The notes: generated from the letters alone by a model not told the origin. Numbered from the stretch's first letter, positions 16,511 through 31,383 are shown. The stretch: 64,000 nt of DNA from Octopus sinensis (GCF_006345805.1 NC_043025.1:1116001-1180000), one strand, 5' to 3'. Numbers and translations: made by a program.

Positions 16511-19207
16511 TAACTTCTACTAAAGGCAAAAGGCCTGAAATTTGGGGAAGGATGATTAGTCAATTACAATGACCCCAGTGTTTCACTGATAGTTAATTTA
16601 TTGACCCTGAAAGGATGAAAGTCAAAGTCTACCTTGGTGGAATTTGAACTCAGAACATAAAGGTGAATAAAATGCTGCTAAGCATTTTGTCCAATGTGCT
16701 AATGTTTCTGCCAACTTCCCGCCATAATGATAATGATGATGATGATGATGATGATGATGAAGATAAAAACAATTTTGGTAAAGTGGAATATATAGTCCAT
16801 TAATCAACCCCAGTACTCAACTGGTACCTATTTTACTGACCCTAACAGGATGAAAGGCAAAGTCAGCTTCATGGTAATCAGAATTTGGAATGTAAAGTCA
16901 GAAGAAATGCTACTAAGCGTTTTGCCTGATGTGCTCATATTTCCGTCACCTTAACAACAGTAACAACAACAATACTAATAATAAAATGTGCTGTTTAGCC
17001 CTTGGTCAACCCTGACTGCGCAGGCCTGAGATCAAAAGCATTCTAGCTGTGACCATCCTGTCTTTTTCCTATTGCAATGACATATAACCATGTGAGTTCA
17101 CATGTCCTTGTTTTAAGATACGAGGCAGATGTGGCTGCTACATCTAACAGACCTAACCACCACATACACGATCTCTCATTGGTTCATTATTAGCTTGTGC
17201 AAATAAATAGACAGGAACAGTTTGACAGGACCCTGCTTAGATTTTCAGTAGACGCATCAGATAGCATTTTTATCTGATGTACTTACTACTACCACAGATA
17301 ACTGTGGTTGTTCAATAGGATTGAGTATTGGGTATATCTATTGATGAGGGGGTCTATTCATATCCATTCCCTGTCTTCAGTCATCATATGTTGTCAGAAT
17401 CATAAGGATGCCTTCCTCACACTCATATTTGGGTATTTTAAACATGATGTAGCTAACCCCTCTCTCTGTCAAACCACAGTGGAAATCTTTCAAGGAAAGA
17501 TAGAGAGAGAGAGAAAAAAAGAAAGAGAGAGTGAGAGAGAGAAAGAGAGAGAGAGAGAAAGAGAAAGAGAGAGAGAAAGAGAGAGAGAATGAGAGAGTGC
17601 AAAATATAATGATGTATTCCTTTCAGTACCTGATGTTGTATTGAAAGAATGAAAAAGCAAAGTTGACGTTGATGGGATTTGAACTCAGGGCACAGAATGC
17701 CAGAATGACTACTTCAATACATTCTAAGCAATCCGCTAACAATCCTGTCGAATCCCCAAGTAACAACTGGCAGGTATTTAATGCATGGAACATGCTTGGA
17801 TGGAGTTGAAAGGCAAGGGGAGGTAATCCCTGTTTTTCTTTACCAGTGAGTGTTGCTAACTAAACCATCACCCATGTTGCTAATTGCGCTTTAATTAGCA
17901 GATCGTTCGCAGTCATTATCTCCTGTGTTAACATTTCCTTTATTTACATTTGACAGCAGTTCATTATAAAAAAATCTATTTGAAATGTCTCATCTTGTCA
18001 ATCGGTTTCTACTATTTGGTTATTAATAACCAAATTTTGAATATGTTTTCATAATGATGCCTTTAATGGACTTATGTCTGCAAGTTTATTTGAAGTATGA
18101 TAATTTTTTTTGTTTTTATTCCAGTTTGTGAATTTGTTTCATATTAAAATTTTCCATGATGTCACTACGATTTACCCCCTTAATACATTTTGTTTGATTT
18201 TTAAATTTAAAAATTTAAAACAAGATAAAAAAATTTAAAACAAGATAAACAGTTTTCATTAGGAGCAGTGTTATATATTTTTTAATATAGAAATGAGAAA
18301 TTTAAAAGCAAATATTTGAACAGCATTGTAAAAAACAACAACATTGTGTAATTCCTTCTGTCAAATATAATTCTTCAGAAAAGAACAAGCATTATCAATG
18401 TATTCTGTTTTTAATTTAATTATTTCTTCTCAATTCAATTTAGCTGTTTTCAAATTATTTCAGAGATTGCACTTGTGTAGATAATGCAACACTTAAGGGA
18501 CATTGATAATTGAACAAGACAAGTTTACATATTTTCAGTTAATAATCTCATTACTTAATTTCAACAGGAATAATCCTTTACAAGAGTCTTCCCCATGACC
18601 ACCACCTCTCCTCCCGCTCATCCTTCCACACCTTCTCTTCAGGCTAAAAAATTATTCTCAATTTTCAGTTTTGCAGGAAGCAAACGAATGTATCTGCCAA
18701 TAATTTCCCAAACATATTTTTGATATTGTTGAGCAAACAGACAACTGACTAAAATCATTATTATTATTATTATTATATAACATATTGAATTCTTCAGGCT
18801 GGAATTACCTATAAAAGATATTTATATTGGAGTATTAGAGTGGATGGGGATGGGGGGAAGGAAGGATATTTTTAAATCCTTCATTTACTGATGAAGTAAT
18901 TTTAATTACACATAATTTTATGAGTTAAAATAAACAAAAGACACTGGAACGCCATCCTTCTCCCCCGCCATTAATACAAAGATAACGAAGAACATAATCC
19001 AACCAACATCTATTTCACAAAGACACAAATATTAAAGTAAACAATATTCTTGAAAAAAAATTTCTCCTTCTCATACATACTCATACATACGCTTATACTC
19101 ATACATACAAATATATATATACATGTATATATATATATATATATATGCATACATACATGTATATATACATAAATATATACATATATACATAAATATATAC
19201 ATGTATG

Positions 19208-19245
<38 letters not shown>

Positions 19246-19328
19246 TATGCATGTATATATATATAGATATATATATATACATACATACATATATACATAA
19301 ATACATATATACATACATATATACATAC

Positions 19329-19417
<89 letters not shown>

Positions 19418-19525
19418 CATAGTTATATGCATGCATATATATATAGATATATATAGATATATACATACATACATATATACATACATATATACATACATAT
19501 ATACATACATGTGTATATATATATT

Positions 19526-19581
<56 letters not shown>

Positions 19582-22540
19582 ACTTAGAATAACTTAGAAA
19601 GGTTTTGGCCAGTATTGGCCCAGGCCATGTCTAACTTAATAGCACCACCTGGCGAAGTCTTTCACTTCAGGATTTGGGCACCAAGGCCCATTCGAGCAGA
19701 CAGTTATTGTTTGCGGAGACATATCTTCGTGTGGATGGTTTGTCCGGGACTGTTGGAAGGAATTTGTCCAAAGACTTCTTGAATTTTGTGTGGTCAGTTT
19801 CTGTTTTGACGTGTCCTGGTGTAATGTTGAAGAGAGCGGTTCCAATTGAGATGAAATGATTGTGCCGTATTGTTGAGATTTTTGTTGTGGACGGATGGCA
19901 CGTGGTCCAAGCCTTGGATGTATTTTGAAGCTGATGCCAACATCATTCGGACAGTGCTGATGGAATATTTTCCACATCATACAGATAATGTAGCGTTCAC
20001 GGCGTCGTTGGAGTGAAAACAGTTTCAGCTTCTCTAGTCTACCCCAGTAGTCAAGGTCTGACATGCCATCTACCTTTTTTGTGATTGACCTTTGGGGAGC
20101 TTCAATTCTCATAATATTTTGTTTCGTGTAGGGAGACGAAACAAGGTGGGGGTCGGGCAAAAGTGAAGAAGAGAAGGATAATGGTGTGGGAATCTCTCGA
20201 CTGGAAGGTTCTGAGAATCCAGGAACACATTCTGCGGGCCATGTCAAATTTGCTGCTTATATGTGTAGCCCAGCTTATGTTGCTGTCCACTGTTACTCCC
20301 AAATCTCTGATGTTGTTGGACGCCATGATAATTTCTCCAGAAGGAAGGGAGTATGGGAGTTTCAGAGCGTCATCCCTTCCAAAGTGGATCAGTTCGAATT
20401 TGTCTATGTTTAGCAATATGTTGTTCTTTTCCGCCCATTGGACAACAGCCAGTAGGTCTGACTGAAGACTTATTCGGTCATCCACGCCATTGATGACCTT
20501 CTGGAGCTTGGAATCATCAGCGAAGGTTCTGATGTTACTGTGTTTGATGGTGTCAGTAATATCATTTATGTAGATGATGAAGAGAAGTGGGCCCAACACC
20601 GTGCCTTGTGGGACACCACTGCTGACTTTGGCTGGGCTGGATTTGACTCCTTCGACTACAACATGTTGCGTTCTGTTAGACAGGAAGCACTTGATCCACT
20701 GTAGCAGCTTTCTAGTGACACCAATATTAGACAGCTTTCTCAAAAGGATCTTATGATCAAACCTGTCAAAGGCCTTGCTGAAATCAAGGTAGATGACATC
20801 AGTGTTGGAACCCTCTCCCAAGGCTCTCAAAACGTCATCAAAATGATGCAGTAGCTGCGTCAAGCAATCCCTTCCATTATGGAATCCATGCTGGTTGGAG
20901 TTCAGCATATCATGACTCTCAAGGAAGTGAGTCATACGCGATCTCAGCACTCTCTCAAATACCATAATGATATGAGAGCTGAGTGAGATTGGACGGTAAT
21001 TCACGGCAAGCGATTTGTTTCCTTTTTTGAAAACTGGGAATACAAACTGGGATAGGTCTTCTGGTATATATCCAGCATCCAGTGAGTTCCGCCACAGATT
21101 GGCTCAAGTGGGTGCAAGTTGGTGTTGACACATCTTCAAGACACAAGCAGGGAACCTATCGGGACCTACTGCTGATTTATGCTTCATTTCCTTTATTGCT
21201 GCTGAGACATCAGTAGCACCAAAGGTTATGTCCGATAAAGTGTATTGGGGAGTAACATCTCTGATACAGACCAGATCAGTCATATCAGGATTGCTGAAAA
21301 CAGAGCAATATTGTTTCTGCAATATCTCTCCCATGGTTTTGGAATTGTCTTGAAGAGTACCATTTTCATCAATCAGAGGGCCAACAGTAGAACCAGTGAC
21401 TGTGTTTTTTAGCAAATGAAAAGAATACTTTGGGATTGAGTTTGATCTTCTCAATGGCCCAGGCCTCTTCAGCTCTTCTCTGACTATTGATGATAGACAT
21501 AATGTTGTTTTGGAGTTTATGTTTTTTAATCTCTAGCGACGAGATGGCAGTCAGTTTGGTGTGTTGCTGTTGACAGTATTTCAGCTCGTTGATTTTTTTT
21601 GTTAATTCTTTTAATTTTCCTGATGAGATATTTTCTATTTCTAGGGATTCGACACTTAGATTTGTTTGCAGATCTTAATGGGGTGTGGTTTGCACATATG
21701 TTCGTAATGGTGTCTACAAATGACTGCCAGGACTTTTTGATGTTAGTGGGTGTGTATGTGTGCGTGAAGGACCAATCGACTTGTGCAAGATCATTATTGA
21801 TCGCTTCCCAGTTTGCATTGTGGAAATCCATAGTGTCAAATGGATGAACAGGAGGGATGACATTTGTTTTGCATTTTGGCCGGTGAAATCTCAGATCACA
21901 GAGAACCATGTCATGGTCGGAGAGTAAAGTTTTCTCCATTGCAATATTGTGGATAGTATCAGTGTGATTGCTGAAAATTAAGTCTAAGACGTTTTTGTGA
22001 CATCTCGTTGGTTCGAGCACCAGTTGGGACAGGAAGAAATCATCCATGAAGTCAAGAAGCGATTCCACTGCCTCCCTGTCAGGGGTTGAGAGAGAAGAAC
22101 CTGGCGGCAGACTGTTTGTAGACCAGTCAACCCCGGGAAGGTTGAAGTCTCCCGTCATTAAAATGTTGTCAGGTTGACACTGCTGAATGAAACACTTTAT
22201 GTGTTGAGGCATTCCTTGAAGCATGGTAGGGGCGTTTGGGGTGGTCTGTAGAGCCCAACTACTGTTAAGTTGTTGGTTTGACTGAATATAGCGACTGCTT
22301 CGCAGTATCCATTGGAAAATATGTTCATAGCTTCTGTTGAGAATGAATCATGAACATAAATGGCAGTCCCACCCTTTCTTCTGCCAGCACGATCAGCACG
22401 AATGGCTTTGAAATTTTTAAATTTCACCTCGGCTTCCAAGTGGAGGTCACTAAGATGGGCTTCAGTGAGGACGAAGAAAGGGATGTGGTTTGGATGGGCA
22501 TCGATCCAGTCCTCCAGGAATTTTATCTTCCATTTTTGAG

Positions 22541-22606
<66 letters not shown>

Positions 22607-23510
22607 GGTATATACCTACATATATATATATAAAATTATAAATTTATGAATTATATATAAATACATATATATATATATAATATATTTATATACAGAAATA
22701 CATGCATTCATACATATACACGTGTATATACCCACATACGCATATATACTATCTAAAACAAAATAAAAACCTGATCATATCCAAAGGGTAGTACTAGATA
22801 TGGTGAGTACTTTACATAGTTTTCGGGTGTAATTAAATGTAAATTATAATGTTTATTTGTTAAAGTGAACAGCAGAAAATTTGCATGCGTATGTTTGTAT
22901 CTTCCTGCGCGAATGCAAGTGTGCCCTTCGCATCAAAAACAAACGCGCCTTCATCTTAAACTGTCATGTCTTTTATTAATATGTCAAGGGAAGTAACTCT
23001 AAAAGTTGATTTTCAGTTATCTCCCTTACTGATGTAGTTAAAAGAATATAAACTTTTCTGGTTATTTTCTATTTTACACACTTAATTTTTCAATCATTTG
23101 ACTGCGGCCATGGTGGAGCAATGCCTTTATTCGTGCAAATCGACCCCAGGACTTATACTTTGTAGGCCTAGTATTTAAACTATCGGTCCCTTTTCCCGAA
23201 CCGCTAAGTTCGGGGAATCGTACACACCAGCACCCGTTGTCCAACGATGTTCGAGAAATAAACAGACATTACAAACACACACACACAATATATCATATAT
23301 ATATATATATATATTATATATATTAACATATATATATATATATTCCATGCCGCAGCAGCGCCTTTATTCGCGAATTTCGAACCCAATATTTATTTTTTGT
23401 AGGCCTAGTATTTAATCTATTTTCTCTTTTGACGAAACGCTAAGTTACGGGGACATGAACACACCAGCACCGGTTGTCAAGCGGTGTTGGGGGGATAAAC
23501 AGACATACAA

Positions 23511-23515
<5 letters not shown>
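16510..23515 (-). repeat. Right arm of the large inverted duplication
   Basis: Reverse complement of 216-5412, plus two segments absent from the left arm (about 18070-18770 and 21020-22540). Confidence 0.93.
19580..22540 (-). mobile_element. CR1-group LINE ORF2 (APE endonuclease plus RT), frameshifted, inserted in (TA)n
   Basis: EN motifs FVLTEAHL, DRAGRRKGGTAIY, YRPP, GDFNLP and SDH. RT motifs NYRPISL, YLDFSKAFD, GVPQGTVLGP and FADD. TA tracts on both sides. Confidence 0.95.
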
Positions 23516-23574
<59 letters not shown>

Positions 23575-23659
23575 CATCAATGTCAATAATATTCTTGTTT
23601 GGAAATACTAAATACATCATAAACTATGTACTACAGACATTACACAACATAGTACTATA

Positions 23660-24028
23660 TTTTATAAGCGATTTAAAAAAACCCACAAAAACCGTTAGAT
23701 TCACTTCAACATTTCATTTTAATTTGTTCAAATCTTTTCGTCACTTTCCGACCGTGACCTGTTCACTGACAAAGCTTCATATGTATATATATTATATATA
23801 CATATATATATTACGGAGATGTACTTGCATAGCAAGTGACTTGATCTGAGATCGTGTGCTGGAACGAAAATAATTGCAGCGTGGAAGGTGTTTATAAGCG
23901 ATTTAAGAAACAACAAAAACCGTTAGATTCACTTCGACATTCAATTGAATTTGTTCAATCTTTTCCTCACTTTCCGACCGTAACCTGTTCACTGACAAAG
24001 CTTCATATGTATATATATATATATATAA

Positions 24029-24063
<35 letters not shown>

Positions 24064-24269
24064 TACGGAGATGTACTTGCATAGCAAGTGACTTGATCTG
24101 AGATCGTGGGCTGGAACGAAAACAATTGCAGCGTGGAAGGTGTTATAAGCGATTTAAGAAACACACCAAAACAGATAGATTCACTGCAACATTTCAATTG
24201 AATTTGTTCAAATCTTTTCCTCACTTTCCGACCGTGACCTGTTCACTGACAAAGCTTCATATGTATATA

Positions 24270-24300
<31 letters not shown>

Positions 24301-24727
24301 TACGGAGATGTACTGCATAGCAAGGACTTGATCTGAGATCGTGTGCTGGAACGAAAACAATTGCAGCGTGGAAGGTGTTTATAAGCGATTTAAGAAACAC
24401 ACAAAAACCGTTAGATTCACTTCAACATTTCAATTGAATTTGTTCAAATCTTTTCCTCACTTTCCGACCGTGACCTGTTCATGACAAAGCTTCATATGTA
24501 TATATATATAATATACATATATATATATAATTACGGAGATGTACTTGCATAGCAAGTGACTTGATCTGAGATCGTGTGCTGGAACGAAAACAATTGCAGC
24601 GTGGAAGGTGTTTATAAGCGATTTAAGAAACACACAAAAACCGTTAGATTCACTTCAACATTTCAATTGAATTTGTTCAAATCTTTTCCTCACTTTCCGA
24701 CCGTAACCTGTTCACTGACAAAGCTTC

Positions 24728-24779
<52 letters not shown>

Positions 24780-24986
24780 TACGGAGATGTACTTGCATAG
24801 CAAGTGACTTGATCTGAGATCGTGGGCTGGAACGAAAACAATTGCAGCGTGGAAGGTGTTTATAAGCGATTTAAGAAACACACCAAAACCGATAGATTCA
24901 CTGCAACATTTCAATTGAATTTGTTCAAATCTTTTCCTCACTTTCCGACCGTGACCTGTTCACTGACAAAGCTTCATATGTATATA

Positions 24987-25017
<31 letters not shown>

Positions 25018-25220
25018 TACGGAGATGTACTTGCATAGCAAGTGACTTGATCTGAGATCGTGTGCTGGAACGAAAACAATTGCAGCGTGGAAGGTGTTTA
25101 TAAGCGATTTAAGAAACACACAAAAACCGTTAGATTCACTTCAACATTTCAATTGAATTTGTTCAAATCTTTTCCTCACTTTCCGACCGTGACCTGTTCA
25201 CTGACAAAGCTTCATATGTA

Positions 25221-25253
<33 letters not shown>

Positions 25254-25430
25254 TACGGAGATGTACTTGCATAGCAAGTGACTTGATCTGAGATCGTGTG
25301 CTGGAACGAAAACAATTGCAGCGTGGAAGGTGTTTATAAGCGATTTAAGAAACACACAAAACCGTTAGATTCACTTCAACATTTCAATTGAATTTGTTCA
25401 AATCTTTTCGTCGCTTTCAAACGGCGACCT
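23660..25430 (-). repeat. Tandem array of about 7.5 units of ~235-250 bp, each with a hammerhead-like motif (minus strand) and a variable (TA)n spacer
   Basis: TTATAAGCGATTTAA recurs near 23662, 23892, 24144, 24379, 24612, 24860, 25098 and 25335. Confidence 0.95.
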
Positions 25431-25517
25431 ACTTTGTCCTGTCAGATTCAGGTGGATTGATCGGTTCTGCGACCCCTTTCGGGTGAATTAGAGGTCGTTC
25501 TAAACACCCCTTGAAGG

Positions 25518-26050
25518 AAAGGACAGGCAGAGAGTATGGTAGAGCTGTCATGAGAGGGTGATAGGCAGCAGGCGATAGAGATAGAGTAAGGAATCTTATA
25601 GCAGATAGAGAGGGTATTGGCAGTAAGAGAGGATGAGGGGGCAGAGAGAAGAAAAGTAGTGAGAGAGATAGAGTATAAGGCTAAGGGACAGATGTGAGGA
25701 AGAATTAGCAGTGAAAGAGGATGAGGGGGCAGAGAAGGACAGGCAGAGAGTATGGTAGAGCTGTCATGAGAGGGTGATAGGCAGCAGGCGATAGAGATAG
25801 AGTAAGGAATCTTAGAGCAGATAGAGAGGGTATTGGCAGTAAGAGAGGATGAGGGGCAGAGAGATGAAAAGTAGTGAGAGAGATAGAGTATAAGGCTAAG
25901 GGACAGATGTGAGGAAGAATTAGCAGTGAGAGAGGATGAGGGGGCAGAGAAGGACAGGCAGAGAGTATGGTAGAGCTGTAATGAGAGGGTGATAGGCAGC
26001 AGGCGATAGAGATAGAGTAAGGAATCAGAGAGCAGATAGAAAGGCTATAA
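25518..26050 (+). repeat. Purine-rich minisatellite, ~215-bp unit, about 2.5 copies
   Basis: AAGGACAGGCAGAGAGTATGG recurs at about 25519, 25735 and 25950. Confidence 0.9.
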
Positions 26051-26261
26051 GCGGTAGAGACAGAGGGAGATGAGGGAGTGGAAGTCAGGACAAGGAAGTG
26101 AGGTTTTGGGCAGTGGGAGTCGGTCGTCAGAGAATCTTGGGAGCGAGCGATGGGATGCAGGAGTTTGGCAGGCTGGATTTAGCGGTACGGAGAGATGGAG
26201 GTGCAATAATGGGACGCTGGCGATTCAATTAGGAATTAGGGTATTTAATTGTATTGATACG

Positions 26262-26783
26262 TGTTACGATGTAAAAGAAAAGAAAGAGAAAAGAAGAGAG
26301 AAAAAGAAGGACTCTGATGTAGACGATAATGAACTTTGAACTGTAACGTGAATTGTTGTGATACGAACATTGTATAATGTATCGATTATAGGGTTCTGAT
26401 TGGACTGTGACGTAACGTGTACCTTTGAAATACTGTATATGACTTGTGTCTCCGGACTGTTATATTGTTACATGCATGTTGTTAAATGCTTTGATCTGTG
26501 GTATACCCGTATGATGTATTGATTTGTTGTTTGCCTTAAATGCTTTGATGTTGTAACCATTGATTGTCATATAAACTAGTTGTTGAATGTAAGCCAGTGT
26601 TGCCAGTTGTTGCCTTGCCTCTTTTGGTGTCTCTCTCCGGTTGTATCTCTGTGTCTCGGTTGCCTTGCTGCGGTTGTGTCTCTCTCCTCTCCTCTCCCCG
26701 ACGAGTTTCCGTGGCGGGAATATTCGCTGATCGAGTCGGGCCTGTCTGAGGGATTCCGTACAGTTTTCGGAGGTCCCCCTCGT

Positions 26784-26787
<4 letters not shown>
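26262..26787. mobile_element. Probable solo LTR of an LTR retrotransposon
   Basis: 526 bp bounded by TG...CA with 8-bp terminal inverted repeats TGTTACGA/TCGTAACA. No clean target-site duplication. Confidence 0.6.
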
Positions 26788-26813
<26 letters not shown>

Positions 26814-26819
<6 letters not shown>

Positions 26820-27257
26820 TAGTTATCGCCATACTAATATGGCATTCTTATAAAAATAAGAATAAAGCTGTCCGCTTATTAGCTCCATGAGGCCATCGCC
26901 TTAAGTTAGCTATTTGATACACAAACTGTATCCATATAACCTTCGAACAAGGGAGGTCAGTCGCTCCACACTACTTGACCGAAGCTAGGTAAATAAAACC
27001 TTCGAACAGAGATTGTCAGAAGCGACACCTACTGGTCTGGCTATACTGCATTGAAAAGGGGCAATACCCCGAAACGCGTCTGTAGCTGCCGGTCAAGTAG
27101 TGTGGAGCGACTGACCTCCCTTGTTCGAAGGTTATATGGATACAGTTTGTGTATCAAATAGCTAACTTAAGGCGATGGCCTCATGGAGCTAATAAGCGGA
27201 CAGCTTTATTCTTATTTTTATAAGAATGCCATATTAGTATGGCGATAACTATTATTT
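26814..27257. repeat. Perfect 168-bp inverted repeat (26814-26981 / 27090-27257) with a 108-bp loop; Penelope-like pseudo-LTR architecture
   Basis: The arms read as exact reverse complements and the loop contains a hammerhead motif. Confidence 0.92.
27046..27085 (+). ncRNA. Minimal type I hammerhead ribozyme, U3-A8 core variant
   Basis: CTGCA-TTGAAAA-GGGG caata CCCC-GAAA-CGCG-TC-TGTAG: stem I ctgca/tgtag, 4-bp stem II, palindromic stem III and GUC triplet. Confidence 0.75.
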
Positions 27258-27312
27258 TCCGGGAACGCTGCCGTTGTTCTCTTTTAGAGAGACTTAGTAA
27301 TTTTAATATTTC

Positions 27313-27369
<57 letters not shown>

Positions 27370-27669
27370 GCTTTGTCAGTGAACAGGTCACCGTCTCAAA
27401 GCGACGAAAATATTTGGAGATCTAACGATTTTTGTGTGTTTCTTAAATGGCTTATAAACACCTTCCATGCTGAAATTGTTTTCGTTCCAGCACACGATAT
27501 CAGATCAGGTCACTTGCTATGCAAGTACATCTCCGTAATATATATATATGTATATATATGTATATATATGTATATATATATACATATACATATATATATT
27601 TATACATATATATAAATATATGTATATATAAATATATACATATAAATATATAAATATATACATATATAT

Positions 27670-30600
27670 AAAACGGAGGTACGCAGATGTGGTGCGTACC
27701 ACAAACCACCAACGTATTGTTGAAAGGGCAGCTGCTGAGCAGGAATCTTTTTTGTGCATGGCACAAAAGATTGTACATCAGCTAACCTGGCTCCATCAGG
27801 CTCAGGCTCGCAGATGGAACTGCCCACAGTTCACAAGACCGCCACAGCAGATGGACCCAGGGTGGACACCACCGGCAACAGCATACACCTCACCTCGATG
27901 CTCCTACTGAACATCAGAGGACTACTAACACACAGTAACAGGACAAAAGTCCCGTTCCTGAGAGACTTTGTCGCATGCAATCAAGCCTTATGCATAGCAC
28001 TCACAGAAACGCATCTGAAACCGGACATAGCAGATGCGGAACTACACATACCACAGTATGTTGTACTACGGACCGACAGGAAAGAAAGGAGTCATGGAGG
28101 AGTTGCTACGTACATCCGTGGGGACCTCACACCCCAGGTCATTTTGTCATACTCAAACTCGGTGTGTGACACACTAATTGTACACATCAGGCAACTTGAT
28201 GTAATTGTGTGTGCTACATATCGCCCTCCAGATGCCCCAAGTCATATGGGCAAGTTTGAGGACTGCCTTTTAAAAATAGAAGAAGTTCTAATCACATTAG
28301 AACAACACATAAGTGTACTTCTCTTGGGAGACTTCAATCTACCCAATGTCAGATGGCCCGAGGGCCTTTCTCTCCCAGGAATGACAAGATGTGAACGAGG
28401 ACAGGCGAGGTCCCTCCTGAACCTCATCAACACCCTGTACATGGAGCAAGTAATACTCCAACCAACCAGAGCAGGTAACACACTGGATCTCTGCTTCACA
28501 AATAATATGGATCTCATCCATAATGTGAAAGTGACACCGACACTACTCTCGGATCACAACATGGTAGAGCTGTACACAAGAACAAAATCCCCAGAGAGAG
28601 GAAAATTTTAATGAGACGGCGTACAAAAATTTCAAATCGCCTAAACAAACAAATTGAAAGCAGTGAAAAGTCCCGCCTGAAAATAAAACTGTTAGAAATT
28701 GAAAATTGTCTGCAACTCTCCCATGAGAAGGAGAGAGCAGACAAAGAAGCCTGGGCTACAGACAACATAAAAACTAACCCCAGAGCTTTCTACAGGTATG
28801 CCAAAGAAACAGCTACAGTGCACTGTAGGATAGGGCCACTCCTTGAAAAGGATGGCACACTCACAGGAAAACCAATGAGGGTAAGTGAAATACTGAATGA
28901 ACAATTCAAGAGTGTTTTCACCCCACCCCTTGGGCATTTCCAAATCAGCAATCCAATTGACTTCTTTACCACTGCAGATATAGAATCAGAGGCGGCGACG
29001 ATAAATTACATCGATATAAAGGAAGACGATGTAATAAAGGCTATAGATGAAATGAAAACAGACTCAGCTATTGGCCCCGATGGATTCCCGGCAATCCTCC
29101 TAAAAGTATGTAAGAGAGTCCTAGCAAGACCACTGCAGTTCCTCATTCAGAGCTTCCTTGCAGCTGGCAAACTTCCAAGAAAACTGAAGGAAGGTAAAAT
29201 ATGCCCTATTCATAAAGGAGGTAGCAGAGCGGAGGCCAAGAACTACAGACCTATCTCTCTGACCTCACACATCAGCAAGGTCATGGAACGAATAGTCAGA
29301 AGGAAACTAATCACCTTCCTTGAAGAAAATGACTTGCTGCCTGACACCCAACATGGTTTCCGACCAGGAAGAAGCTGCTTAACTCAGCTCCTGCAGCACT
29401 ATGACTGGGTGCTGAAACAACTGCTCAACCACTCAAATGTGGAAGTCATATATCTCGACTTCGCAAAGGCCTTCGATAAAGTCGATCATGGAATGATATG
29501 TCACAAACTGCGTGATCTTGGCATAGTTGGAAAACTAGGAGAATGGCTACATGACTTTCTGAAGAATAGAAGTCAGGTGGTAGCAGCCAATGGGGCCACT
29601 TCCATTAGCACGCAAATAGTGAGCGGTGTTCCACAGGGCACTGTTTTGGGACCACTACTGTTCATAATGGCCCTCTCAGACATGCCCTCAGCCACGCGGA
29701 GAGCCACGATCTCAAGTTATGCAGATGATACAAAAGTTTCACAGGCAATACAGAACCCTGAAGACACTAAGCACCTGCAATGTGAGCTGGACGAAATATA
29801 CAAGTGGGCTGAAAAGAATAGCATGCAGTTCAATGCTGAAAAGTTTCCAGCTTTATACTATCAGCAAGCAAAACTGAATGCAATACCTAATGAATACACT
29901 GGACCCGGAGGGATTGCAATCCCAGAGGCACAATCAGTGCGTGACCTGGGTATTCACATGAGTGATGACGCGACCTTTCATGTACATGTTGCTAAACTGA
30001 CAATAAAATGCAGACGGCTGGCTGGATGGATTCTTAGAACCTTTAGAACAAGAGAACAAGAAACCATGATGGTCCTCTGGAAGACACTTGTCCTAAGCCA
30101 CTTTGACTATTGCTCTCAGCTATGGTCACCATCCAGTGTCAAGTTGATCACAGAACTTGAGGCGATCCAACGAAGCTACACGAAGAAGATAGCCTCTGTG
30201 CAGCATACGAGCTACTGGGAGAGACTCAAGAGATTAAAGCTCTATTCCATGGAGCGTAGGCGAGAAAGATATGCCATAATATATATCTGGAAGATCCTGG
30301 AAGGTCTTGTCCCAGACTTTGGCATCGAGAGTCACACAAACGCCAGAACCGGACGCCACTGCGTAGTACCAAGGACTCCAAATTTGCCATCAAGATGTAG
30401 GACAAGATATTGTGATAGCCTGGGCTTCAGAGGCCCACGGCTCTTCAATGTCCTCCCGAAGAACCTGAGGGACCTGCATGGTGTAGATGCGGATGTCTTT
30501 AAAGTAGGACTGGATCTCTTCCTGTCAGGTGTCCCGGATGAACCAACTTCACGGCAGGAGGTGCAGATGAGGGCAGCTGCATCGAACTCTCTCATGCATC

Positions 30601-30721
30601 AGATGGCGTTTGCTAAAAAGCATCCGTGAGGTAAACCCGTGTAGCAAACCAAATGGCGGTGCCCCATAATGGCCACAGCTCATTAGCTGAAACTGGAAAA
30701 ATCAAAATCAAAATCAAAATC
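27670..30721 (+). mobile_element. CR1-group LINE: end of ORF1, endonuclease (27754-28611) and RT (28611-30629), with an internal lesion near 28580-28610
   Basis: LLNIRGL, LTETHL, YRPP, GDFN, SDH; NYRPISLTS, YLDFAKAFD, GVPQG, YADD, LYSMERRRERY. (CAAAAT)n tail, flanked by TA tracts. Confidence 0.95.
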
Positions 30722-30816
<95 letters not shown>

Positions 30817-31056
30817 TATATACATATATAATATATATATATGAAGCTTTGTCAGTGAACAGGTCACCGTCTCAAAGCGACGAAAATATTTGGACATCTA
30901 ACGGTTTTTGTGTGTTCTTAAATGGCTTATAAACACCTTCCATGCTGAATTGTTTTCGTTCCAGCACACGATATCAGATCAGGTCACTTGCTATGCAAGT
31001 ACATCTCCGTAATATATATATGTATATATATAGTATATATATGTATATATATATAC

Positions 31057-31142
<86 letters not shown>

Positions 31143-31383
31143 TATATATATATATATATATATGAAGCTTTGTCAGTGAACAGGTCACCGTCTCAAAGCG
31201 ACGAAAATATTTGGACACCTAACGGTTTTTGTGTGTTTCTTAAATGGCTTATAAACACTTCCATGCTGAAATTGTTTTCGTTCCAGCACACGATATCAGA
31301 TCAGGTCACTTGCTATGCAAGTACATCTCCGTAACATATATATGTATATATAGTATATATATATGTATATATATATATACATA

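Noticed and set aside
23660-25430. CRISPR-like repeat/spacer appearance
   Set aside because: The repeats are about 200 bp, the spacers are only TA tracts, the context is eukaryotic and there are no cas genes.
25430-25515. Hairpin-rich segment at the array end (CGACC...GGTCG)
   Set aside because: It does not satisfy a hammerhead or HDV-like core, and there is a single copy with no covariation.
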